Part shown: positions 9,523-19,417 of the stretch, one piece after another
Layout of the letters: every line of letters begins with the position of its first letter
Position numbering within the stretch: position 1 is the first letter of the stretch
NCBI GenBank assembly: GCA_964565775.1
Contig: CAZMGB010000003.1
Coordinates: forward strand, 139,957 to 203,956
Reading direction: 5' to 3'
From: an uncultured Dehalococcoidia bacterium
GTDB lineage: Bacteria > Chloroflexota > Dehalococcoidia > DSTF01 > JALHUB01
DNA: 64,000 bases
Notes under the pieces: model-generated
Told to the model about the DNA's origin: nothing
The model's input: only the letters and a program-made list of their open reading frames with translations
Databases searched by the model: none
Position numbers and translations under genes: made by a program

Positions 9523-10743
9523 CTAGCGAGGCTGGCTATGGGGACCGGCCGGCCCAGCATCGACCGGCTGGAGATCAGCAGCTTCGGCCTCTGCGGGGGC
9601 GCCGGGCCCGCCCGGCCTTCGATTGAAGAAGTGCTTGAAGCCGTCGTTGCTCGTGAAGCGACCCCTGAACGACTCCCTATCGTGACCCTCGGCGAGGTGT
9701 CGAAGATAATCCTCTCGGGTGAGGGTCTCGGGGCAGTCGTAGCAGATGAGGCTCTTGCCCTTCTCGGACGCCTGCCGTGACCTGAAGAGCTTTCTCGCCT
9801 CCTGGAAGCTCTCGTTGTTCCAGACCTCCCTGAAGCTCTTCTCGGCGACGGAGCCGAAGTCGTCCTCTTTGTAGAACGTGCCGCAGCAGGGAGCGACTCC
9901 GCCGTCGACGCTGACGACGGCCCGCTGCCACAAGAACGTGCAGCCGTCCGCAGTGGGAGCCACGAAGAACTTGAACGGACCGTCCGGGTCCCACTCCGGG
10001 CCCGCTACCCAGCCCTTGGAGATGTCTATGTCCATCCCGAGCTCACGGGCCATCGCCTTCGCCGGTTCGACTTCGTCCTTGTTGTGCTCGAATACGTGGT
10101 ACTCCCAGATGAGCCTCGGGGTGGAGGAGCGGAGCTTCTGCTTGGCCTCGTTGACGAGCCCGATGTTGCTCAGGACTGTATCGAGCTTGCCCCTAACGCG
10201 ATACTGCTCGTACGTCTCCTGCGTCACACCGTCGATCGAGACCCCGAGCTGTGCGAGACCGGCGGCGACCAGCGCCTCCGCACGGGAGCTATCGAAGGGA
10301 AAGCTGAAGTTCGTGCTCAGGGTGGTACTGATGCCCCGACTGCTGGCGATGCGGACCAGCTCCGCGACGTTCTTGTTGAGCAGCGGTTCGCCCCAGTTGT
10401 GGAGCTCGACCTCGAAGAGGTATTGCCCTAGCTCGTCGATGAGCTTCTTGTACAGAGGGAGCGGGAAGTGCGACCGTTCGCGACTCCTCGCTCCAATGCC
10501 CGTGAAGCAGTATGGGCAGCGCAGGTTACAGACGTTCGCCGCCTCAATGGTGAGGATGGTGGGGTAGCCCCACAGCTTGCTGTGCCCCCGCATGCGCTGG
10601 AACCGCACCAGGTAGAGATTGAGCCGCCTTTTCAGGGTTATCCTGGCTCCCGGGTACGGGGGAAGGCGAAAGAACTCCCGCACATCGTACAATGCGAAAT
10701 TGGGTTTGATCTTGGACAGGAAGCTGCGCGGCATGCGGGTCAC
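9523..10743 (-). CDS. Radical SAM protein with SPASM/Twitch domain
   Basis: CNLRCPYC, NWGEPLL, STN, SIDG; C-terminal CTFLW...DGGVAPCC...G...CYDC. Confidence 0.9.
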   Translation of the reverse strand: MTRMPRSFLSKIKPNFALYDVREFFRLPPYPGARITLKRRLNLYLVRFQRMRGHSKLWGYPTILTIEAANVCNLRCPYCFTGIGARSRERSHFPLPLYKKLIDELGQYLFEVELHNWGEPLLNKNVAELVRIASSRGISTTLSTNFSFPFDSSRAEALVAAGLAQLGVSIDGVTQETYEQYRVRGKLDTVLSNIGLVNEAKQKLRSSTPRLIWEYHVFEHNKDEVEPAKAMARELGMDIDISKGWVAGPEWDPDGPFKFFVAPTADGCTFLWQRAVVSVDGGVAPCCGTFYKEDDFGSVAEKSFREVWNNESFQEARKLFRSRQASEKGKSLICYDCPETLTREDYLRHLAEGHDRESFRGRFTSNDGFKHFFNRRPGGPGAPAEAEAADLQPVDAGPAGPHSQPR

Positions 10744-10772
10744 GATGAACGGCGGGCTAAACTGGTCACAAG

Positions 10773-10801
10773 AATGTATTACAGCACTCCCCGCCTGTCA
10801 A
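10773..10801 (-). promoter_or_regulatory. sigma70-type promoter
   Basis: TTGACA-17bp-TACATT. Confidence 0.6.
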
Positions 10802-11138
10802 GCAACTTCGACTCGAGGTGACCGCCGATGCCTTGCGGCCCGTGGCATTCACGTCTCGCCCCTGGATACGCCGGGCGGTATTCTAGGCGAGACGGCAAGA
10901 CCCCAGCGTGAACGCTGGGGCATCAGAAGACGAATCTATGCCCTCGCCTTCAGGCGGGGGTAGGGGATCCCTCACCAATGACGAGCCGGTCACAGGAATG
11001 TAGCGTCGCTTGGCTTGACTGAGGCGCTCGCTCAAGCAAGGCTTATGCTGGCCAGAAGACCTATTTCTTGGCGGTCATGGCATCCGCGGCCGCCCTTCTC
11101 GCCAGGGCATCGGATCAAGCCCTGAGGAGCTTCGCGAA

Positions 11139-12950
11139 ATGACGGCGATTGTCAGGAATGTACGGGGCCTGATCGGCGAGACGTTCCTCGACAGCCCGGG
11201 ACTTCTGGTGCTGGTGCCGATGTGGGCGGGCCTCTTCTTCAGACTCCAGAGGGCCTGGGCCGACATCCCTACCATCGTCCTCAAGGACACCTCGGATGAC
11301 GCCTTCTACTACTTTCAGATCGCCCACAACATCGCCGCCGGCCACAACGTCACCTTCGACGGTGAGAATCTGACCAACGGATTCCACCCTCTCTGGATGG
11401 CCATCCTCACTCCGCTCTATCTATTCGGCAGCGACCGGGACCTCTCCGTACACCTGGGGCTGACGATAGCGTCGCTACTCTCTGCGGGGACCGTGTTCCT
11501 CGTGTACGCCATCGTCAGGACGCTCACCGACAATTTCTGGGCGTCCCTCGCTGCCGCGACCGTCTATGCCCTCCACCCCTACCTCATCGTCGAGGCGCTG
11601 AACGGCATGGAGACCGCGCTGACGGTGTTCATGGTGGCGTTGACCACGTTGCTCTTCCTGCGGATCGCGCGCCGCAGCGAGCGCGCGTCGCTGGCGGGGT
11701 ACGCGTGGCTTGGTGTCTCGGCCGGCCTGATGATCCTTGCGCGCACCGATACGGTATTCATCCTGCCGCCCCTGCTCTTGTTTCTCCTCGTACGAGAACG
11801 CGGCTCGTACCGGTGGACGAGCACCCTGGCAACGGGCGGGCTCGCTCTCCTGGTGATAGCGCCGTGGGTGATCTGGAACCTGGTGAACTTCGGGACGATT
11901 GTTCAGGTGAGTGGGATCGCCGTGTCGGACATGGAACGCCAGGACTACCTCGCCACCCACGGCAGCTCCTTTCTGACTCAGCTCCACCATTCGCTGGCTG
12001 TCACCAAAGACCAGTTTCTCGAACGGCTGCCGCACCTCTATTTCGTTCCTCCCCACGGCCCAAGGGTACCCATCTTGCTCACGATGGCCGGGCTGTTGGC
12101 ATTCATGCTACTGGCGCCACTTGCCCCGCAGCGGCGGCAGGCGACCCGACAGATCGGCCTGCTGCTGGTTCCGACAGTAGGCATCGTGGCAACCCTTCTC
12201 TTTCACACCGCCATCCGATGGCACGTGCGGGAATGGTATTTCGCGCCCGTCGCCCTGATCGCTGCGGCGTTCCTCGGGGTCCTCGTCAACTATGTGCACA
12301 GCGTAGCGCGAGGGACTCGTCTCGCCTGGAGTACGGAGGGCCGCCGCCTCGATCTCTCACGCTTCAGGTTGCCGCTCCCTCCGCCGATGGGGCGCCTTCG
12401 GACACTGGCAACCCCTGCTCTCTACGGGATCATTGTCCTCGGCCTGGCCACCTGGTACGGTCCCTATCGGTCTGGAGATTGGGTGCCGCAGCTATGGCAT
12501 CGACTGAACATGCTGGAGGCGGCGCGATGGCTCGAGGGGAATACGGACCCGCAGGCGAGGGTCGGCTCGCTCAATGCCGGCATCATCGGCTACTTTAGCG
12601 ATAGGACAGTCATCAACCTGGACGGTGTGGTGAACGAAGAAGCGTACGAGGCCAGACGCGACGGCCGCCTGCTCGAGTATGTCCTCTCGAAGGACATCTG
12701 CTACCTAGTCGACCTGCAAGGCGCCCTCGCATTTGCCCGGCCCAGAGATAACTCACCCCCGGACTTCACGGTCGTGGCCACCATCGGAAGGCGGCTCGCC
12801 TATTTCGGGGGCGGCCAGCTAGACGTCCTCGAACGCGTACCGGGGGCGGCCGGCCCCTCCTCCCAATGCGGAGAGATCTCGGGCGAGGGCCAGGAGTCCT
12901 CGGGCTTGCATACCAGCACCAGCGGCGATGCGCCCGGCGGTCAACACTGA
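11139..12950 (+). CDS. GT-C fold membrane glycosyltransferase (PMT/ArnT-like)
   Basis: DDAFYYFQIAHN, TNGFHPLW, NGMET, LARTD, many TM helices, C-terminal NAGIIGYFSDRTVINLDGVVN. Confidence 0.8.
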   Translation: MTAIVRNVRGLIGETFLDSPGLLVLVPMWAGLFFRLQRAWADIPTIVLKDTSDDAFYYFQIAHNIAAGHNVTFDGENLTNGFHPLWMAILTPLYLFGSDRDLSVHLGLTIASLLSAGTVFLVYAIVRTLTDNFWASLAAATVYALHPYLIVEALNGMETALTVFMVALTTLLFLRIARRSERASLAGYAWLGVSAGLMILARTDTVFILPPLLLFLLVRERGSYRWTSTLATGGLALLVIAPWVIWNLVNFGTIVQVSGIAVSDMERQDYLATHGSSFLTQLHHSLAVTKDQFLERLPHLYFVPPHGPRVPILLTMAGLLAFMLLAPLAPQRRQATRQIGLLLVPTVGIVATLLFHTAIRWHVREWYFAPVALIAAAFLGVLVNYVHSVARGTRLAWSTEGRRLDLSRFRLPLPPPMGRLRTLATPALYGIIVLGLATWYGPYRSGDWVPQLWHRLNMLEAARWLEGNTDPQARVGSLNAGIIGYFSDRTVINLDGVVNEEAYEARRDGRLLEYVLSKDICYLVDLQGALAFARPRDNSPPDFTVVATIGRRLAYFGGGQLDVLERVPGAAGPSSQCGEISGEGQESSGLHTSTSGDAPGGQH

Positions 12951-12982
12951 AGCATCGGCTGGGAAGCACAGAGGAGGAGAAG

Positions 12983-13990
12983 GTGAGGGAGCCTCCACCC
13001 CCGGATATCTTTCACGTGACCAGGAATGACGACTATCTCCGCCAGCTCCGGGCCGAAGAGGAGTTCTGGGACAAGCGTATCGAGACGCCCCTGAGCAGGA
13101 CGCCTCCACCAATGGTGCAGGAGTACTACAATGAGCGGCTGACAGGCCGGGTAGACCGGCAGTGGTTTGAGATGATCGATGACTTCGGCGACTTTCGACA
13201 AGGATGCGTGCTAGGCGCTGGCCCCGGCAAGGTCGAGAGCTACCTGCTGGACCGCCATAAGCAGTTGCGCCTGACGTTCTACGACATCAGCGGTGAAGCC
13301 CTCGCCAGGGTGCATGGTCGGCTGGAGAAGGAGTTTCCCGGGCGAACCGACACTCGCCAGGAGGACCTCAATTTCGTGACTCTGCCCGCAGAGACCTACG
13401 ATCTCATCATCGCCAACTCGTCCATCCACCACATCTTGAACCTCGAGCACCTGGCGTTTCAGGTCAGCGAGTGCCTGGCCCCCGACGGCTACTTCTTCAT
13501 GTACGACACCGTGAGTGAGTCGTACTTTCAGTTCAGTGCGGAGAAGAAACGGCTCTTCGAGGCGCTGGCGCAGGCGACGATGGACTATCCGGGAAGGTCT
13601 GCCCCGATCCAGTGGCCGGACCGCAGCAACTGGACGTTCAGTCCGTTCGAGAGCGCGCGTTCGGAGGAGATCCTGAACGTCTTCGGGCGCTATCTGCAAG
13701 AGGTGCGCGTGCGCACGGTTGGCGCGTTACTCTCGCTCACCATGTTTGCGCAGGGTGGGTCGGCTCCTCCTCAGAGCTGCGCCGCCCTATCGAGCAGGTT
13801 GAGACGCCTGCGCAGCGCCGCCGCACTCCGCGCCAGGCTCCGGCGGCGGAAGATAGATGTCGACCGAGCCAGAGCTCGAACCGAACTGCTCTTCATGCTG
13901 GACCGGATCGTGACTGAGACAGGCTATTTGAAGCCGGGACTGGCGTTCGCAATCTACCGCAAGCGCGGCACCGGCGACTCGTCGGGATGA
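12983..13990 (+). CDS. Class I SAM-dependent methyltransferase
   Basis: VLGAGPG, DIS, DLN, YDLI..SSIHHI, LAPDG, SPFESARS; GTG start at 12983 after GAGGAGG. Confidence 0.8.
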   Translation: MREPPPPDIFHVTRNDDYLRQLRAEEEFWDKRIETPLSRTPPPMVQEYYNERLTGRVDRQWFEMIDDFGDFRQGCVLGAGPGKVESYLLDRHKQLRLTFYDISGEALARVHGRLEKEFPGRTDTRQEDLNFVTLPAETYDLIIANSSIHHILNLEHLAFQVSECLAPDGYFFMYDTVSESYFQFSAEKKRLFEALAQATMDYPGRSAPIQWPDRSNWTFSPFESARSEEILNVFGRYLQEVRVRTVGALLSLTMFAQGGSAPPQSCAALSSRLRRLRSAAALRARLRRRKIDVDRARARTELLFMLDRIVTETGYLKPGLAFAIYRKRGTGDSSG

Positions 13991-14126
13991 ACCGCGGGCA
14001 TGATTCGGGCACGGCCAGCCGACCGCGCCCCAGGGCAGCGACCGGCAGGCGCCTAGCATCGGTCCCGCCTCCGCGGCTGCGGGCTTCGCACGATTCGCCA
14101 CGGGAGAATCGAGGGCAACGGCAATA

Positions 14127-15659
14127 ATGCTGGATCCTCAGGGCGATCACCTCCAGCAGGCCACCGGGCAGCGGAGTCAAGACGCCGGCTCCGCAAACGG
14201 TCGCGGCGCTCGTGAGCTGCGAGGCACCTGGGCCGGCGTGCTCTCGTCGCCTCTGCTGCTGCCGGCCATCCTCCTTGTCGCCTTCGCTCTCTACGCTCCG
14301 ACCCTCGGCGACTGGTTCTCCGGCGACGACTTCTGGTTCCTGCGCTCCTCGCAGGCCACGCCCATCGGCGAGTACGTGGCCAAAGCCTTCGACTTCCGGC
14401 AGACGGGTACGCTGCCGGAGTTCGACCGTTACCGACCTCTCTACCCGGTCGTCTGGCGTCTCGAATACGCGGTGCTCGGCTTGCACGCGTGGGCCTACCA
14501 CGCCGTAGTGCTGGCCCTGCACCTGGGCAGCACCGTATTGGTCTGGTTCATCGCCCTCCGATTGACAAAGCTACGGTGGGCGGCCGGCCTGGCAGCCCTC
14601 ATCTTCGCGATCCATCCCGCCTACGCCGACGCGGTGGCATGGATATCGGGAGGCAACAGGGTGTTTGTTACCTTCCCTTACCTCCTCAGCCTCCTCTTGT
14701 TTATGAGGTACGCCGACGGCGACCGCAGGAGAGGGGCCTACTACGTGGGCTCGTTCCTGGCCTTTCTCGCCGCCATCCTGCTTCACTCCACAGCGCTAAC
14801 CCTGGCCGCCGTGCTGCCGGCCTATGCCTTTCTGGTCGCCGGAACGCCGGCCGACGCGCTGCGGGTGCGCGCCTGGCTCCAGTTCGTGCCGTTTGCGCTC
14901 GTGACGATGGCCCTGCTTGGCATCCAGATGTGGACTCGCGCCCATTTGGGCGTAGAGGAGCAATTTCGGTTCGGCTGGCACCAGTACAGCAACTACGGAA
15001 ACTACCTGGGCTTGGCGCTGTTTCCGGTGTTTCCGCTGACCACTGATCGCCTCGCGGAGCCACTGACCAGACTTCTCGAAGGGCTCGAGGGAGCGGCCTC
15101 CGTAGTCATGATCCTGCTGAGCGTAGTCTTGCTGACTCAGCGCAGATGGCGCTACCTGGGCATATTCGTCGTCGGGTGGCTCTACGTATCGCTATTCCCT
15201 GACTCCACTCTTCGCTTCACCACCATGGGCCGCGTCCTCTACATGCCGGGTGCCAGCCTGTCGATTCTCCTGGCGCTGGCCGTGCTGTGGCTGAGCCAAA
15301 CGCTCTCAGCCCCCCTCCTGCGGTTGGGCACCGCCGCGGCTCCCTATCTCCTGGTGGCCCTTCTGGTGCCGACCGCCTTCCTCACCGTGCACCACGCTCA
15401 GCGCGACTCACAGAACGCCGCCGATAACGAAGCGTTTATCTCGCAACTGCGGGAAAGCGTTCCCAGCATGGATGCGGAGGGCGTGTTGTACGTGGTGAAC
15501 GCGCCGACGAACATCGTCGCCTTCGACGATACGCGCCTCGATGCCCTCGTGGAGCTCTACTACGGCGAGCTTAAGGTGCGCTCGCTGTCGGCCGATCAGG
15601 CAGCGCGGGTCGCCCTGTCCCTGGGCGAGAAAGACCGGATCTTTCGATTTCGCCGTTGA
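14127..15659 (+). CDS. GT-C fold membrane protein (glycosyltransferase family 39-like)
   Basis: WFSGDDFWFL, YRPL, YH..LALH, FAIHPAYADAVAWIS, multiple TMs. Confidence 0.75.
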   Translation: MLDPQGDHLQQATGQRSQDAGSANGRGARELRGTWAGVLSSPLLLPAILLVAFALYAPTLGDWFSGDDFWFLRSSQATPIGEYVAKAFDFRQTGTLPEFDRYRPLYPVVWRLEYAVLGLHAWAYHAVVLALHLGSTVLVWFIALRLTKLRWAAGLAALIFAIHPAYADAVAWISGGNRVFVTFPYLLSLLLFMRYADGDRRRGAYYVGSFLAFLAAILLHSTALTLAAVLPAYAFLVAGTPADALRVRAWLQFVPFALVTMALLGIQMWTRAHLGVEEQFRFGWHQYSNYGNYLGLALFPVFPLTTDRLAEPLTRLLEGLEGAASVVMILLSVVLLTQRRWRYLGIFVVGWLYVSLFPDSTLRFTTMGRVLYMPGASLSILLALAVLWLSQTLSAPLLRLGTAAAPYLLVALLVPTAFLTVHHAQRDSQNAADNEAFISQLRESVPSMDAEGVLYVVNAPTNIVAFDDTRLDALVELYYGELKVRSLSADQAARVALSLGEKDRIFRFRR

Positions 15660-15736
15660 CCCCCGGATGTTGCGAACGCACTGGAAGAGACCTGCCGGCC
15701 CCTCTATCAGCCGGCCGTGGGCGTAAGCGCCGAGCG

Positions 15737-15860
15737 CTATTCGATGTAGCGGAGGCCGCCCGGTCTCTTCCTCACCAGCTCCTCCTCGCGGCGGGCAGAC
15801 GGCCAGTAGGCGCCGGCGCACGGACGCAGCTCCTCGGCAATGTTCCCATCAGTGCCGTCC
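15737..15860 (-). pseudogene. 3'-end relic of an AlkP paralog
   Basis: Reads DGTDGNIAEEL...REEELVRKRPGGLRYIE* versus EGTDGRVADEL...EEEERLVRERLRGLGYIE* of 17704..19275; no start codon, in-frame stop upstream. Confidence 0.75.
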
Positions 15861-16065
15861 AGCCAGTGCTGAAGGCACCAGATGCTGCGCTCACCGTGAA
15901 TTCATGTCGACTATTCCAGAGGAGCACAGGCCTCAGAAGACCGGAAGTCGCAGACCGGAGCGAGACGTCTGGGTGGCGGCCTCTAAAGCAGGCTATGGTA
16001 GACTTGATGTTAGAGCCCCCACAGGGAAAGGGGACGCGTCGCCGGATGGGAGTTGACCTAGAGAC

Positions 16066-17640
16066 GTGAAGCCGCCCGCGTTCCGCGTTCCGAGCTGCTC
16101 GGGCGTGCCAGCCGCCGAGACGGGCAGAGGTGGAGGATTCCCCCTTAGCGCTAGCTCACTCATCTCGTCGGACAAGCTCTGGATCGTCGCCGTCGTTGCC
16201 CTCACGCTGGTGCTGTTCGGGCCCAGCCTCAACGATTGGTTCATGACCGATGACTTCATCTTCCTGAGAGCCGCGCGCTTCGCTTCTCCACTGACCTACG
16301 TCCGAGACGCCCTCGACTTCACCGGCTACGGCCGCCACCAGAGCACCCTTGCCGTCCTGCGCGACACCGACATCGCCCTGCCGTTTCTGGCTTACCGGCC
16401 CCTTTATTTCCTGAGCCTGGAGGCGCAGTACCTGGTGTTCGGCGAGAATCCGGTAGGATATCACGTGGTCAGTCTCATAGTCCACCTCTCGAACGTCTTC
16501 CTCGTCTGGGCGATCGCGTCCCGTCTCCTGCAGTCCAGACTGGCCGCGCGCATGGCCGCCACGATATTCGCGCTGCATCCCGCCTACGTGGTGGCCGTAT
16601 CCTGGATATCGGACATTGCCACCCCGTTGGCGACCTTCATGGCGCTCTTGTCGTTCCTCCTCTTTCTGAAGGCCACCGATGCCTCTCCGACCCACCGGGG
16701 CTGGCACGTTGCCTCTATCCTCTGCTTCGGCGCATCCACGCTGTTCCACCAGGAAACGATCTCCTGGGCGGCAGCCTTTGTCGCGTTCCACTTCCTGGTC
16801 AGGCATCGCCAACGACGGGAGGTCCTCCAGCCGGCGGCGTGGGGCGTCCTCGCGCCCTATCTAGCGGTGGTGGCCGGTTCACTGGGGCTCAACGCGTGGA
16901 TCGTGAGCCATACCCCTGTCCACAGCGGGGAGTACACGATAGGCCCGCACATGCTGCTCCAGTTCAAGAACTTCGCCAGCGCCGCCCTGTTTGCGGTGAC
17001 GTCCGGCAACCTGACCGCCCATTTCGTCGCCTTCGTTGGCCTGCTCATCATGGTGGCCACGCTCCCGCTCCTGAGCCGCGCCGTCCGAAAGAGCCTGTGG
17101 CAGCCTCGCACCGAAGTGTTCGTCGTCGTGTGGTTCTTCGCGTCCCTGTTCCCTCTGCTGACGCTCAACAAGTTCTTCGGCATCGGCGAGTTGAACCGCA
17201 AACTGTACTCGGCTGGCCCTGCCCTGGCGATCCTCCTGGTGATGTACGGCGCCTCGCTCCTCAATCTGGCGCCGATGCGGCTACAGGTCCCCGTGCGGGC
17301 GCTCGCGGCGGCGCTGGTGCCCCTCGCGCTCGTAGGCGTGATGGCTCAGGCGAGGCAGAACGACCAGCAAGTGAGCGCACCGGCCGTGGAATCGGAGCGC
17401 TTCGTCCAGGCACTGCGCGAGACGTATCCGTCCCTGCCCCAGGGCAGCACGCTCTATGTGGTCGGTGCTCCGCGCGTCATGGCGGGCTTTGCTTTTGGGG
17501 AGATCTACCTGGTGGGCTCCGTGCAGGCCTTCTACGGCAAAGTAGACCCCTACGCGGTGAGCGAGCAGGAGGCGGCGGCACTCGAAAAGTCACTGGACGA
17601 AGGCGAGTACATATTCTCCTACAAGGCCGCCTCACAGTAG
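16066..17640 (+). CDS. GT-C fold membrane protein, paralog of 14127..15659
   Basis: WFMTDDFIFL, YRPL, FALHPAYVVAVSWIS; similar C-terminal soluble domain; start uncertain. Confidence 0.75.
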   Translation: MKPPAFRVPSCSGVPAAETGRGGGFPLSASSLISSDKLWIVAVVALTLVLFGPSLNDWFMTDDFIFLRAARFASPLTYVRDALDFTGYGRHQSTLAVLRDTDIALPFLAYRPLYFLSLEAQYLVFGENPVGYHVVSLIVHLSNVFLVWAIASRLLQSRLAARMAATIFALHPAYVVAVSWISDIATPLATFMALLSFLLFLKATDASPTHRGWHVASILCFGASTLFHQETISWAAAFVAFHFLVRHRQRREVLQPAAWGVLAPYLAVVAGSLGLNAWIVSHTPVHSGEYTIGPHMLLQFKNFASAALFAVTSGNLTAHFVAFVGLLIMVATLPLLSRAVRKSLWQPRTEVFVVVWFFASLFPLLTLNKFFGIGELNRKLYSAGPALAILLVMYGASLLNLAPMRLQVPVRALAAALVPLALVGVMAQARQNDQQVSAPAVESERFVQALRETYPSLPQGSTLYVVGAPRVMAGFAFGEIYLVGSVQAFYGKVDPYAVSEQEAAALEKSLDEGEYIFSYKAASQ

Positions 17641-17703
17641 GAGGGTCGTGCCCGGCGCCTCGCGGTCATCGCCCCGGCCGGCACTGCGACCAGGAGCCGG
17701 ATG

Positions 17704-19275
17704 CTACTCGATGTAGCCGAGGCCCCGCAACCTTTCCCTGACGAGCCTCTCTTCCTCTTCGCTGTAGGCGGACGGTTCCTGCTGGCGCTCCGGTGGCGGC
17801 GCGGGCGGACCGCCGGTGGGCGCCGGCGGGCCGATGAGGAGCTCGTCGGCAACGCGCCCGTCGGTACCTTCCGGCGAAGGGACGCCGAGCAACGAGAGAA
17901 CGGTGGGTGCAACGTCCAGGATGCTGAGCGGCGGGACTTCGGCGTTCTGCCGGAAGTGAGGGCCCCGGCCCGCGATGACGCCATTCAGGGAGTGAACGCC
18001 CTGGCAGTACGTCCACCTGAACATGAGTCTCCCCAAGCCGCTGTTATAAGCGTAGCCTTCGTGCCACTCCAGGAGCAGGTCGGGCGCCTCAGCGGCGTAC
18101 TTTCCGTGGAAGTAGTCCTCCCCCTTGATGAGTCGCCTGACGACCTGCTCGCCCGTCTCCGGGTCCCGGAACCCCAGCAGCTTGTCGGCAACCAGGTCTC
18201 TCATCTCGTCGAACTTGTCCTGCGGGACGCGGCCGGTGGACTCCCTTCCCGCAAGGTTCACATTGACGCTGTCGACGATATCGCTATAAGCAATGGATTC
18301 AGGGAGCAGAAGCCGCCGCAATCCATATCGCGGCCTTGCAAGCATCTTGTCGATCCGACCCGACAACGGCCTCAAGAACCTCTTCGTCAGGCGCAGTGCC
18401 CTCGCGACGGGCGGGCTCTTCCACCTGCAGCGCATCAGGCCGGCCTCCATAAGGAACTCGTTGACGTCGAACGTCTTCTCGAAGCGCCTGAACCCGTGGT
18501 CCGACACCACAAGGACATCGGTGGCCGTCAGGTCGATGCGCTCGAGCAGGCGCGCCAGGGCTTCATCGAGGGCCGCGTAGAAGCTCCGGGCGAGCGGGTA
18601 CTGCGGCCCCTGCTCATTGATGTCCTGCCAGAGGATGTGCTGAGCCCGGTCCGGCGCCACGAAAACTATGCAGAAGAGGTCAACCGGAGGGTCACCGAAC
18701 AGAACCTCTGCGACCCGCTGCCGGTTCTCCACCATGCGGATCAAGTCCGCGACGACCTCGGGCTGCCGGCCGGCTTTGCCCACCCAGACTACGTCGGGCA
18801 GGAACTCGCCGACCGCACTCTCCACCTTCGCCGCTGCCTCCGCCGGCCAGGCATAGGTCTGACCGACGGGTTTCACCGCTCCGATGCCACCCAGCATGAC
18901 GCCGTTTATCTGGAACGGCGGATGGAGCGGTGGCATGTCGATGACGCAGGAGCTGAGTCCGCTGCCGGTCAGCGTCTCCCAGATCGTCGGGAATCGAATG
19001 TCGGAGGAATTAGTCACGAACGTCTTGAATGGGGTGTCCGTCTTGCGCACAAAGTCGAAGATGCCGTGCTTGCCGGGGTTGACGCCCGTCATGAAGGAGG
19101 TCCAGGCGGACATGGAGTTGGTCGGCAGGACAGATTGCAGAGGGGCGCTGACGCCGCCGTCCACGAACGCCTTCAGGGTCGGCATCACCCCGTCCGCGAA
19201 CAGCGGGCGAAGCAGCGTCCAGTCGGCGCCGTCCAGGCCGATGATCACGACTCTGGGTGCCGCTTCCTTTGTCAT
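17704..19275 (-). CDS. Alkaline phosphatase superfamily protein, close paralog of 2409..3974
   Basis: Near-identical N-terminus (VVIIGLDGADW.LLRPLFADGVMPTL) and the same tail motif. Confidence 0.9.
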   Translation of the reverse strand: MTKEAAPRVVIIGLDGADWTLLRPLFADGVMPTLKAFVDGGVSAPLQSVLPTNSMSAWTSFMTGVNPGKHGIFDFVRKTDTPFKTFVTNSSDIRFPTIWETLTGSGLSSCVIDMPPLHPPFQINGVMLGGIGAVKPVGQTYAWPAEAAAKVESAVGEFLPDVVWVGKAGRQPEVVADLIRMVENRQRVAEVLFGDPPVDLFCIVFVAPDRAQHILWQDINEQGPQYPLARSFYAALDEALARLLERIDLTATDVLVVSDHGFRRFEKTFDVNEFLMEAGLMRCRWKSPPVARALRLTKRFLRPLSGRIDKMLARPRYGLRRLLLPESIAYSDIVDSVNVNLAGRESTGRVPQDKFDEMRDLVADKLLGFRDPETGEQVVRRLIKGEDYFHGKYAAEAPDLLLEWHEGYAYNSGLGRLMFRWTYCQGVHSLNGVIAGRGPHFRQNAEVPPLSILDVAPTVLSLLGVPSPEGTDGRVADELLIGPPAPTGGPPAPPPERQQEPSAYSEEEERLVRERLRGLGYIE

Positions 19276-19417
19276 CCTGTCACCAACCTCAGCATCGGAT
19301 GAGGGGCCGGCGTGCGACTACCAGCCCTTACAGCTTCGAGCACTTCCATCCGTCTCCCAGGCACAGCCACGCTCGATATAGCTCGGCTCTTCCGCCGAGA
19401 GCACGCCGACCACCGAA

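Noticed and set aside
17701-19302. Long antisense ORFs (also 8155..9453, 29688..31043, 35100..36908, 39332..40819, 49865..51388, 61108..62235)
   Set aside because: Shadow frames of well-supported genes, expected from GC-rich codon bias; no motifs
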